64,000 bases of DNA from an uncultured Chlamydiae bacterium (GTDB lineage: Bacteria > Chlamydiota > Chlamydiia > Chlamydiales > SM23-39). The first letter of the stretch is position 1. The number at the start of each line of letters is the position of its first letter. A model generated the notes under the pieces. It ran no database searches and was not told the origin of the DNA. It was given only the letters and a program-made list of their open reading frames with translations. The stretch spans positions 1,600,001 to 1,664,000 of the forward strand of contig CAWHDP010000002.1 of the NCBI GenBank assembly GCA_963828125.1. Direction: 5' to 3'. This document shows positions 51,015 through 60,021 of the stretch, piece after piece. The translations under genes were made by a program, and so were the position numbers.

Positions 51015-52152
51015 TCTCTCTTTCGGACAGCACTTCGACAATAGACCTCTTGCATAACTAAGGGTTCGTCGCTTTTTGGGATTATTTTGGCCAATTTTCG
51101 CTTCTTCTGTTGGGGGTAATATACGAGTGTTGATATTACCCCCAACAGAAGAAGCGAAAATTGGCTCAAAAGAACCCAAAAAGCGACAGAACATTAGTTA
51201 TGCAAGAGGTCTAATGGTCTTTAGCCCGGGCCAAGTGCTTGCTTGAGGTAACCAATCCAGAGCTGTGCATACACATATCGATCGTTGCTCAATCCGGCCA
51301 TGGCCTTTTTCTAACGAAATAAATCGCTCCACATCGACCTCTTCGTAGTCAACATCTCGAGCTTGATCGAAAAAGTTCTTCGTTTCCGCATGGAAATTGC
51401 CCTGGTTTCCTTTGAGTCCAATCAAATAATCGGCGTCGTGATCCAAAAACTTCTGGGCATGTGCAATATGGGCAAACAGCGCATCCGTCGAAATCAGAGC
51501 CCCACTCACATCAATGTCTTTTAGCAGAGCCTCGACAACTTTTGGTTCAGATGATTTGTCGGGTACTTTCTCCTGAGCCAACACCAGTCTTTGTTCGGCA
51601 GCGAACAGCTCGACAAGATGCACCATATGCTCATCGGTAGATGCCCCTTTTAGACGCTTGCCGTCAATGATAAGTAGTTGATCACGGAATTGTTGAGGAA
51701 TATTTGCAAACCATTTCTGAAGCAGCAGTTTGAAGGTAGCCGGCGATAATCTTACAAGGAGCCACCATAGTGTGTCATAGGACGGCGCTGTAAACGTCTG
51801 TTTGATCAGCGTATTGATCCACCCAATATTAAGCTCGGCATAGATGGTTAAATCCGACACAGTATTGCAACCGCTGAGGTATCCACAGAGCAAAAGTAGC
51901 ATCAAAAACCAGAATGGGTATCTCGTCTTAACGACCTGCCTTGGATCATCAGCATCTTGGAAAGCTCCTCTAACGGAAGCTGCAAACTGCTCTAAATCAA
52001 CATCCTGTTTTAATTCAGCAAACTTAGGGTCTTTTGTCGGTCGTTTGGGCATGGTTTCATTCTCCTGTCGGAGAAATGAAAACATAAAAATTCAATTAAC
52101 GATCAAGAAAAACTTGAGAAACCTGTCAAATCTTTTTCATCAGAACGCCCTG
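51015..52152 (-). mobile_element. Second ISAs1-family IS (copy B), inverted and 3'-truncated
   Basis: Near-identical reverse complement of copy A from its left IR (ending 52152); interrupted by a MITE and cut off at 51015 by the right end of copy A. Confidence 0.9.
51043..51212. mobile_element. 170-bp palindromic MITE
   Basis: Termini AGACCTCTTGCATAACTA / TAGTTATGCAAGAGGTCT; almost fully self-complementary; 3-bp AAT duplication shown by the empty site GACCATTGTC in ISAs1 copy A. Confidence 0.9.
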
Positions 52153-52285
52153 CCTCGACTCCCCTTTCCCAACTACTCTCTTAAATCCCAACTACCGATT
52201 TTCTATCGTTTTTTACCAATTTGGTAATTGGGAGAAAATGGTCTACACGGCCTGTAAACGGAAAAAATTAAACCCGAGAGATAAA

Positions 52286-53611
52286 ATGGCAAAGAATAAA
52301 ACCATCAAAGCGGAGGTCCAAACATTTGAGATTGAGACCCCAGAACCAGAATCTGAGATCCTTTTAGAAGAGTTATTCTGGCGTACCGAAACAAGAAAAA
52401 TTAAGGACTTGAAGGAGCATGAGAAAAATCCTCGAAAGATCACTAAGGATCAAATGGAAAAACTCAAGCAGTCGCTCAAGAGCTTTAACTATGTGGAGAC
52501 CATCGTTGTTAACCTAGACAACACTATATTGGCAGGTCACATGAGGATCAGAGCTCTAAAGGCGTTGGGGCGTGGAAAGGAAGAGATTGAGGTTCGAGTT
52601 CCAAACCGACAGCTAACGGCTCGAGAAGCTGAAGAATACCTTATCCGCAGCAATAAAAATTCGGGAGAATGGGATTGGGAGCGCTTGGCTAATGAATGGG
52701 AGGTATCCGATCTGTTCAATTGGGGATTTACTGAAGATGAGCTACAGGTCAAAGACCCCGAGAAGATCGAGGCTGTGGATGATGGCTATGAGGAAGAATT
52801 GCCAGCCGAACCGAAAACCAAGCCTGGGGATATTTACGCCCTCGGCAGGCATCGGCTCATTTGTGGGTCTGCCACAATCCATGGAGACATTGAGAAGGTT
52901 CTCGATTCGGAGTTGATTGATCTTGTCATTACAGACCCCCCTTACAATGTAGCTTATAAGGGTGGAACAAAGGACAAGCTGACCATCAAAAATGATGATC
53001 TGTCAGCGGAGGAGTTCGAGGCTCTTTTGAGAGATTTCTACGTCAATGCTTTCGTGTTTATGAAAGAGGGCTCTGGGATCTATGTCTTTCACGCCGATTC
53101 AGAGGGAGAGAAATTCCGCCGATTTTTCCGCGAGGCGAATCTGAAGATGACTCAATGCCTTATTTGGTTGAAGAACTCTTTTGTGCTCGGACGTCAAGAT
53201 TATCAATGGCAGCACGAGCCGGTCCTATTTGGAGGCAAAGAATACAGCGATCACGATCCTGTTCTCTATGGATGGAAAGAGGGGGAAAAGCATCGTTGGT
53301 ATAACAATCGCAAACAGACCACACTTCTTAAATTTGATCGACCTCAGCGAAATGCCGAGCACCCCACAATGAAACCTATTCCCTTGATTGGGTATCTTAT
53401 CAATAACAGCTCTAAAAAAGACGACCTTGTCTTTGACTTCTTTCTAGGCTCAGGAACCACGCTGATTGCTGCAGAACAACTTGGGCGCTGCTGCTTTGGC
53501 TGCGAGCTCGATCCAAGATATTGCGATGTGATCGTCGAGCGCTACAAAAAGTACAAGATGCAAAAAAACGAACTCTGCGAAATCAAGCTGAATGGAGAAG
53601 CGTATGCCTAG
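52286..53611 (+). CDS. Phage-type DNA methyltransferase (ParB-like N-terminal domain plus N6/N4-MTase)
   Basis: NPRKIT...ILAGHMR; LGRHRLICG, TDPPYN, HPTMKP, DFFLGSGTT, CELDPRYCDVIV. Confidence 0.9.
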   Translation: MAKNKTIKAEVQTFEIETPEPESEILLEELFWRTETRKIKDLKEHEKNPRKITKDQMEKLKQSLKSFNYVETIVVNLDNTILAGHMRIRALKALGRGKEEIEVRVPNRQLTAREAEEYLIRSNKNSGEWDWERLANEWEVSDLFNWGFTEDELQVKDPEKIEAVDDGYEEELPAEPKTKPGDIYALGRHRLICGSATIHGDIEKVLDSELIDLVITDPPYNVAYKGGTKDKLTIKNDDLSAEEFEALLRDFYVNAFVFMKEGSGIYVFHADSEGEKFRRFFREANLKMTQCLIWLKNSFVLGRQDYQWQHEPVLFGGKEYSDHDPVLYGWKEGEKHRWYNNRKQTTLLKFDRPQRNAEHPTMKPIPLIGYLINNSSKKDDLVFDFFLGSGTTLIAAEQLGRCCFGCELDPRYCDVIVERYKKYKMQKNELCEIKLNGEAYA

Positions 53612-54080
53612 GAAACCCACGGGAAGACCGAACGGGCGCCCTAAAAAGACGGTCAAACCTCCTGTAGATCCAAAAGCGCCACCTGCTGAATGGAAAGGAA
53701 CGATCCCAGAAAAGGAAATCAACCTCGATCAGGTGCTTTATTGGACCGAATTGCAAGCAACCGCGGAAGAAATTGCGGGCGCTTTTCGGGTCAGTGTTGA
53801 CACTTTGGATCGAAGGTTGAGGGAGGCTTTCGGTATGGGTTTTGCGGAGTTAAGAAAAAGGTGCAATGGGCTTCATAAACTCTCCCTCCGACGATACCAA
53901 TTCCAGCAAGCCGAGCGCAATGCAACGATGGCAATTTGGCTTGGAAAGATCTGGCTCGGACAACGAGAGACGATCATCACCGAAACGATTGTGAAGGAGG
54001 AGGATTCCGTTCGCATTTACATCCCCGATAATGGCAGGGGCGATTGTATCGAAGAGAAGGTGGAGGATCCAAATGCTTGA
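53604..54080 (+). CDS. Probable terminase small subunit (HTH protein)
   Basis: GRPNGRPKK, ATAEEIAGAFRVSVDTL, SLRRYQFQQA..NATMAIWLGK..LGQ; overlaps both methylase and terL. Confidence 0.7.
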   Translation: MPRKPTGRPNGRPKKTVKPPVDPKAPPAEWKGTIPEKEINLDQVLYWTELQATAEEIAGAFRVSVDTLDRRLREAFGMGFAELRKRCNGLHKLSLRRYQFQQAERNATMAIWLGKIWLGQRETIITETIVKEEDSVRIYIPDNGRGDCIEEKVEDPNA

Positions 54081-55422
54081 AATCACGCCACAAGAAGGAC
54101 CGCAGCATCAGTTTTTGAATTCATCTGCAGATATCGTGATCTATGGAGGAGCTGCCGGAGGCGGCAAAACGTACGCCCTCTTGATAGAGTGCTTACGCCA
54201 TCGCAACGTTCCTGGCTTCTCAGCCGTTGTCTTTCGCCGCAATAGCACACAGGTTCGCAATCCAGGTGGTCTGTGGGATACAAGCTGCGAGCTTTTTCCA
54301 TATGTCAACGGCACACCAAAAGAATCGACCCTTGAATGGGATTTTCGAGGGAAAGGTAAGGTTAAGTTTGCCCATCTGGAGCATGACAAGACGCGTTTTG
54401 ATTGGCAAGGGGCTCAAATTTCCTTGATTGGATTCGATGAATTGACTCATTTTTCTTGGGCGCAGTTCGTCTATATGCTCTCGAGAAATCGATCAACTTG
54501 TGGAGTCAAGCCGTATATCCGCGCGACCACGAACCCCGATACTGACTCGTGGGTTCGTCAGTTCATCGCCTGGTGGATCGATGATTACTCTGGATACCCC
54601 ATTCCTGCGAGAAGCGGCAAGACGCGCTGGTTCTTCATTCAAAATGATGAGACCATTTGGGGCGCAAGTCGGGAAGAATTGATAGAAAAAGACCCAAATT
54701 GCCTGCCGAAGAGCGTTTCTTTCGTCGCATCTACCGTGCATGATAACAAAATTCTGCTAGAGAAAGATCCAGGCTACCTCGCCAACCTTAAAGCGCTGCC
54801 ACGCTTTGAGAGAGAACAATTGCTCATGGGAAATTGGAATGTGCGGCCCACTGCGGGAATGTTCTTCCAAAGGGGCTTCTTTGAAGTCGTCAAGGCGATT
54901 CCAAAAGGAGGGACAAAGGTGGTTCGCTACTGGGATCGCGCCGCCACAAAGAAGACAGAGAGCAATGACCCTGATTATACCGTAGGGATTCGACTTGAAA
55001 AGGACAAAAACAACCTCTTGTACGTCACCGATATGGTTAGAATCCAACAGAGCCCTCTAGGCGTCCAAACGACGATTAAAAATACGGCCAGCCAGGATGG
55101 CATTGGGATTCGGATTGGAATTGAGCAAGACCCAGGTCAAGCAGGAGTAAGCGAAGCTGATTATCTCGTCAGAATGCTCCAAGGCTATAATGTAAAAACG
55201 TTCAAAGCTACACAGGATAAGGTCACAAGAGCTCTTCCAGTGTCATCGCAAGCAGAGGCTGGAAATATCAAAATCTTGCAAGCCCCATGGAATGAAGATT
55301 TTTTGAGGGAACTTGAGAACTTTCCTGAAGGAGGACATGACGATATCGTTGATGCGTTAAGCGGGGCTTTTTTGATGCTTACCGACTCTGCATACGATTT
55401 AGCATCCTTAACCGTGCTTTAA
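54073..55422 (+). CDS. terL: Phage terminase large subunit
   Basis: PQEGPQ, YGGAAGGGKT, IGFDELTHF, ATTNP, RYWDRAAT, DYTVG, EQDPGQAG, KVTRA, FPEGGHDDIVDA. Confidence 0.9.
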   Translation: MLEITPQEGPQHQFLNSSADIVIYGGAAGGGKTYALLIECLRHRNVPGFSAVVFRRNSTQVRNPGGLWDTSCELFPYVNGTPKESTLEWDFRGKGKVKFAHLEHDKTRFDWQGAQISLIGFDELTHFSWAQFVYMLSRNRSTCGVKPYIRATTNPDTDSWVRQFIAWWIDDYSGYPIPARSGKTRWFFIQNDETIWGASREELIEKDPNCLPKSVSFVASTVHDNKILLEKDPGYLANLKALPRFEREQLLMGNWNVRPTAGMFFQRGFFEVVKAIPKGGTKVVRYWDRAATKKTESNDPDYTVGIRLEKDKNNLLYVTDMVRIQQSPLGVQTTIKNTASQDGIGIRIGIEQDPGQAGVSEADYLVRMLQGYNVKTFKATQDKVTRALPVSSQAEAGNIKILQAPWNEDFLRELENFPEGGHDDIVDALSGAFLMLTDSAYDLASLTVL

Positions 55423-55471
55423 CTTAAAACTCTAATATTAAATAAGATAAAGTAAATAAACTATTTGAAAA

Positions 55472-55518
55472 TGTAACACAGACACCCACTTGATCTAAAT
55501 GGGTGTTTCTGTTACAAT
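55472..55518 (+). promoter_or_regulatory. Promoter and inverted-repeat operator of the abiE operon
   Basis: IR TGTAACACAGACACCCA / TGGGTGTTTCTGTTACA; TTGATC-17 bp-TACAAT with extended TG; ATG 6 bp after the -10 box. Confidence 0.7.
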
Positions 55519-55524
55519 TCAGTT

Positions 55525-56121
55525 ATGATTAAATCAAAGTATATAGCTGCATTCCAGATGCTCTCAAAAAGACCCGTTTTTTCCTCTGCAGAAGGAAAAG
55601 AAGCAGGAATCCCCTCTAGGATGCTTGCTTATTTTTGCTCAAAGGGACAGATCGAACGTGTCGGTAGGGGTATTTATAGGGTCAAACATATTGATTTTGA
55701 TCGCGACTTCGAATGGGAAGACCTCGTCCTCACCGCCTTGAGCATTCCTAATGGTGTCATATGTCTCATCTCAGCCCTATGCTATTACGGTTTAACAGAT
55801 GAAATTATGAGAGAGTTTTGGATTGCTGTCCCCCATTCTACTACCTCTCCTGCCAGAGAAAATGCTCATATTGTCCGGATGCGTAACATCTCTTTCGGAC
55901 AAACCACTATTAAAATTGGCAGCCAGAAGCTCAAAATTTTTGACCGAGAACGGACTATCGTGGATTCTTTCCGTTACCTGGACAAAGAAACCGCTTTAAA
56001 GGCGCTGCAAGCGTATTTAAAAACAAGCAAAGACAGAAAACCAGACATCGATAAGCTTCTAAGATATGCGAAGAAGCTTAGGGTCGATCTAACCCCTTAC
56101 ATTTCGGCATTTACAATATGA
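55525..56121 (+). CDS. abiEi: Type IV TA antitoxin AbiEi
   Basis: IERVGRGIY, GVICLISAL.YYGLTD, FDRERTIVDSFR, ALKALQAYL. Confidence 0.88.
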   Translation: MIKSKYIAAFQMLSKRPVFSSAEGKEAGIPSRMLAYFCSKGQIERVGRGIYRVKHIDFDRDFEWEDLVLTALSIPNGVICLISALCYYGLTDEIMREFWIAVPHSTTSPARENAHIVRMRNISFGQTTIKIGSQKLKIFDRERTIVDSFRYLDKETALKALQAYLKTSKDRKPDIDKLLRYAKKLRVDLTPYISAFTI

Positions 56122-56978
56122 AATCTGCAATCGAGCAATCAATCAAAGAAAAAATCAAAGCCTTAGCTAAGGAGAGGGAAACCACCTTTGCAGAACTTTG
56201 GAGGAATCTGATCTTGGAGAGGTTCCTGACGCGTTTAGCGCGATCTTCCTATAGGGAAAAGTTTGTTTTGAAAGGAGGAACGCTCTTGGCAAAATACATC
56301 CATCTTGGAAGGGAGACGCAGGATCTCGATTTTTTCATTCAGAAGCTATCGAATACCGAACAGTCTTTAAGGACTGTTTTACAAGCAATTTGCGATATCG
56401 ATGCTAATGATAGCTTCGCTTTCGAAGTGGCTAAAATCAAAATCCTCGATCACTCTCAGCTTGCATATACAGGAGCTGAAATTACTCTGCAGGCACTGTT
56501 CGGCGCCACCAAGACGGTCATACGCATGGATTTAGGATTTGGCGACCGCGTGAAGCCGATTGAATATCCAATGGACTTGACTGCTACATCGAAAGGCCCT
56601 CTCTTCGAAAGCAGAATTTCTCTACACTGTTATCCAAAAGAATTCATTTTTGCAGAGAAATTAGAAACAGTAGTTTTCCGAGGAGGCGGCAACACCAGGA
56701 TGAAAGATTTCCATGATCTTTATTCGCTAATTCGGTTGGACGTTCTCGATAGCTCTCTTGCAAAGAAAGCCGTCCAGCTGGTTTTTCATCACAGAAAAAC
56801 TCCGCTGAAGAAACTGCCGGTTGCGTTCGGCAAGGATGCTTTCGAAACACTTGAGAAAAACTGGACTTCCTACCAAAGAAAAATCAAAGCGAAAAAAGGC
56901 GCCCTTAAACTGCCTGAATCGATAGAGGACGTGATCTCAGTCCTGAATCAATGGCTGGAAGAAAATGCATTCTCCTAA
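56118..56978 (+). CDS. abiEii: Type IV TA toxin AbiEii (nucleotidyltransferase)
   Basis: LERFLTRL, FVLKGG, RETQDLDF, DLGFGD, AEKLE, NTRMKDFHDL; ATGA overlap with abiEi. Confidence 0.9.
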   Translation: MKSAIEQSIKEKIKALAKERETTFAELWRNLILERFLTRLARSSYREKFVLKGGTLLAKYIHLGRETQDLDFFIQKLSNTEQSLRTVLQAICDIDANDSFAFEVAKIKILDHSQLAYTGAEITLQALFGATKTVIRMDLGFGDRVKPIEYPMDLTATSKGPLFESRISLHCYPKEFIFAEKLETVVFRGGGNTRMKDFHDLYSLIRLDVLDSSLAKKAVQLVFHHRKTPLKKLPVAFGKDAFETLEKNWTSYQRKIKAKKGALKLPESIEDVISVLNQWLEENAFS

Positions 56979-57272
56979 TTCGAAGAAGCCCCTACACATT
57001 CTTTTTCGTAAAGCATCTGGATAGCATCGCAGGCGATCATCGAACGATCGATCTTCCTATCTTTTCTGAGGCGATGAATATAAAGCTCTGTAAACGCCTT
57101 CTCAGCCTCTGCAGTCAAATAGACCGTAGCTTTGAACTTTTTCTTATTTCTGTTTTGAAGTTCTTTGACTATTTGCCCGCTCATGTCTTTGACGTTGTCA
57201 GGCGACAGTGTAAAATGACCCCCTTTCGACATTGAAAAGTGACCCACCCCCCTATTTGAAGTGAGAGTAAGC

Positions 57273-58562
57273 ATGGAACCCAATAAAATCTCTGCTGTTG
57301 TAACAGGAGACAGTAAAGAGAGAATGGAACCACCTAATGTCGTAGAGAAAATTTTATATTTGTCATCAGAAGGGTGGGGTAAAAGACGGATTGCCAAAGA
57401 GCTTGGAATTAGTGCCAATACCGTTAAACACTACCGGCGACAAGGGAAATGGCGCCCGTATAATATTCCCAAAAGAATTAAGAGGCTGGAAGCATTAGAT
57501 GTCTGGCTCGAAGAAATGTTTAACCTCCATAAAGGTAATGCAGAGGTTATCCGCCAAGAGTTGGTTCGTCAACACAATCTGCAAGCTGATCTACGCACTG
57601 TCGAAAGAGCAGTTAAACTATTTAGACAAAGGGCCTTTGCTTCAGCAAAGGCGACGATTCGGTTTGAGACGCCGCCGGGCAAGCAGATGCAAATTGACTT
57701 TGGATCGATTACTATCAAGATTGCAGGAGAGCCGAAGAAGATCTATTTTTTCGCGGCAGTTCTTGGTTTTTCACGCCGCCAATATATACAGGCCTTTATC
57801 CATGAACGACAATCGGCCTGGTTTGAGGGGCTTGAAGGAGCCTTTAACCATTTTGGAGGGATCCCATCAGAAGTCTTAATGGACAATCCAAAGCCACTTG
57901 TTATCAGTCACAACCCGCAGACACGAGAAGTGGTGTTCAATGAACGCCTACATGCGTTTGCTAACTATTGGAAATTCAAGCCCAAAGCATGCGCCCCTTA
58001 TAGAGCAAGAACGAAGGGGAAGGACGAAAACACGGTCAAATATTTTAAGTATAATGGAATTGCCGGAAGGGAGTTCTCAAGCTGGGAGGCTCTTGGCGAA
58101 CATATCGTTTGGTGGATGAGAGATATTTCAGACCTCAGAATCCATGGGACTACTGGAGAAAAACCAATCGATCGCTTTGAGAAAGAAGAAAAAGCTGTTC
58201 TTCAACCGCTAAATGGGAAGCCACCTTTCTATTTGGGAAGAGAGATGCAAAGATCGGTCCATACGGATGCTTGTGTGGAGGTGGATACAAATTTTTACAG
58301 TGTGCCATGGCACTTCATTAAAAAAGAGGTCACAGTACAATTAACCGAAACTGAAGTCAAAATCCTCTATGATGCTGACGAAATAGCCCGTCACCCTGTC
58401 TGCATAGGAGAGAGGCAACGCTCCATCAATCCTCATCATTTAAAGGGAATCGTAGGGGCTAATTGGTGCATGAAAATGGAAGTTCCAAATGCTCCAATCA
58501 AACCTGCCGAGCTGCTTCGTCCTCTTACCGAGTATGAAGCTATTACCGGAGGAGGTTGGTAA
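57273..58562 (+). CDS. istA: IS21 transposase IstA
   Basis: As copy 1, with two visible aa substitutions. Confidence 0.93.
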   Translation: MEPNKISAVVTGDSKERMEPPNVVEKILYLSSEGWGKRRIAKELGISANTVKHYRRQGKWRPYNIPKRIKRLEALDVWLEEMFNLHKGNAEVIRQELVRQHNLQADLRTVERAVKLFRQRAFASAKATIRFETPPGKQMQIDFGSITIKIAGEPKKIYFFAAVLGFSRRQYIQAFIHERQSAWFEGLEGAFNHFGGIPSEVLMDNPKPLVISHNPQTREVVFNERLHAFANYWKFKPKACAPYRARTKGKDENTVKYFKYNGIAGREFSSWEALGEHIVWWMRDISDLRIHGTTGEKPIDRFEKEEKAVLQPLNGKPPFYLGREMQRSVHTDACVEVDTNFYSVPWHFIKKEVTVQLTETEVKILYDADEIARHPVCIGERQRSINPHHLKGIVGANWCMKMEVPNAPIKPAELLRPLTEYEAITGGGW

Positions 58563-59353
58563 TGACCATCAATCATGAAAATCTTGTAGCTACACTCCAC
58601 CGATTGAAACTCTCAACTATCCGAGACAAACTCGACAACCTTCTCGATGAAGCATCTCGTAAGAAAATGAATTTACGAGAAGCTCTAGCTTTTTTTTGCG
58701 AACAAGAAATGCAGCAGAGAGAACACACCCGTAATCGCCGTGGATTCTCGATGGCTAAATTCCCCTATGCAAGAACTCTTGAACAGTTTGATTTTAGTGC
58801 GCAGCCATCATTGGATGCCGGTCAAATACGCGAACTTGGAACTTGTCGTTGGATTGCCAATGGAGATGCTCTTCTGTTATTAGGCCCTCCTGGAGTTGGG
58901 AAAACTCATTTAGCTGTTGCGCTTGGCAATGAAGCCATTCGGTTAGGATACACAGTTCTTTTTACTCCGGCGACCACTCTTTTGACCCAGCTCGCTCGGG
59001 CTCACCAAGAAGGTCGTCTTGAAGACAAGATTGTTTGGTATTCGAAACCCAAATTGCTGATTATCGATGAACTTGGATATCTTCCCTTTGATCCGAAAGC
59101 GGCTCATTTATTTTTTCAGTTGATCTCCCGACGATACGAGAAAGGAAGTACCTTAATTACGAGTAATCGTTCAGTCAGCGAATGGGGGGAAGTTTTTGGC
59201 GATACTGTAGTTGCAACAGCAATTTTAGATCGCCTCTTGCATCACAGCCATGTAGTCACTATTCGCGGAGAAAGTTATCGGCTGAAAGAAAAACGAAAAT
59301 CTGGATTGGTTAAAACAACAGTCCTTCAATCGGAGACTCTAGAAGGGAAGTAA
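58562..59353 (+). CDS. istB: IS21 helper ATPase IstB
   Basis: As copy 1, with two visible aa substitutions. Confidence 0.95.
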   Translation: MTINHENLVATLHRLKLSTIRDKLDNLLDEASRKKMNLREALAFFCEQEMQQREHTRNRRGFSMAKFPYARTLEQFDFSAQPSLDAGQIRELGTCRWIANGDALLLLGPPGVGKTHLAVALGNEAIRLGYTVLFTPATTLLTQLARAHQEGRLEDKIVWYSKPKLLIIDELGYLPFDPKAAHLFFQLISRRYEKGSTLITSNRSVSEWGEVFGDTVVATAILDRLLHHSHVVTIRGESYRLKEKRKSGLVKTTVLQSETLEGK

Positions 59354-59808
59354 AAAATTTAGTTTTCGCCCCTCCCCCATGGGGGAGGGGGCCTCCTCTC
59401 TCCTTCGGTGGAAGAGAAGTATTGTGCCTCAGCACCAACTCAGAGCTTTGCATATCCTCTGACTACCGCTAAAGCACCAATATGGCTGTCGTTAGGCAGC
59501 CGTAGTCATTAAAGAAAAGATTGGGGGTGGGTCACTTTTCAATGTCGCCGGTGGGTCACTTTCTGGTGTCGCTTGACAGACGTCTTGCTGTATTAACGCT
59601 TGCTCTTGTTCGCTCATATTCCCCTAAGCCTTTTTACTGGTTTATTAATAAGATGTATAAACGACAAGGGCACCTTGTGTCAACAGACGTTTAGCCGCCT
59701 TGTGCCTAAGCTGGTATAAGATTGATAATATATAAGACGACTTAGCGATAACGATACGAGATCGTCAAAACTTTGTGTTGCCACGAAAGAAAGGGTAGGC
59801 TATCTTTT

Positions 59809-59836
59809 CTTGTTTATAAAGCCGCTTATAAACAAG
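59809..59836. other. dif-like tyrosine-recombinase site (11-6-11)
   Basis: CTTGTTTATAA AGCCGC TTATAAACAAG: perfect 11-bp arms, asymmetric 6-bp spacer, inner ATAA/TTAT. Confidence 0.6.
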
Positions 59837-59847
59837 TTGAGGCAAAT

Positions 59848-60021
59848 GTGATCCAAAAGGAACCCAAAGACTCAAAGTCTCAAGAAAAAAACTCGGAAGC
59901 CAAAAAAATTGATATTGCGATCATCACGACTCTGCCCGGATCACCAATTCAAGGGATAATCTGCAGAGAAGAGCATAAAAAGTTGTTCGAAGGTCTTTGG
60001 GGAAGGAAGCAAAGATCATGA
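59848..60021 (+). CDS. Small hypothetical protein coupled to the recombinase
   Basis: GTG at 59848 after GAGG; ATGA overlap with the recombinase start. Confidence 0.35.
   Translation: MIQKEPKDSKSQEKNSEAKKIDIAIITTLPGSPIQGIICREEHKKLFEGLWGRKQRS

Larger units (their letters stand above)
57196..59578 (+). mobile_element. IS21-family IS, copy 2
   Basis: Near-identical to copy 1; 5-bp target duplication GACGT. Confidence 0.95.
56975..59617 (-). pseudogene. Small (~84 aa) probable ribbon-helix-helix DNA-binding protein disrupted by IS21 copy 2
   Basis: Removing the IS and one GACGT gives MSEQEQALIQQDVKDMSGQIVKELQNRNKKKFKATVYLTAEAEKAFTELYIHRLRKDRKIDRSMIACDAIQMLYEKECVGASSN. Confidence 0.7.

Noticed and set aside
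50988..51194. 68-aa ORF over the hairpin
   Set aside because: Lies within the MITE and IS ends; no evidence of coding function
52286..55422. Complete prophage
   Set aside because: No portal, capsid, tail, lysis or replication genes in the window
56975..57418. 147-aa ORF as listed in the track
   Set aside because: Chimera of IS21 left-end antisense sequence and the 3' part of the disrupted RHH-like gene
48192..59578. Composite transposon formed by the two direct IS21 copies around the terminase and abiE genes
   Set aside because: Each copy has its own target duplication (CGATA vs GACGT) and interrupts a different gene, so they are independent insertions
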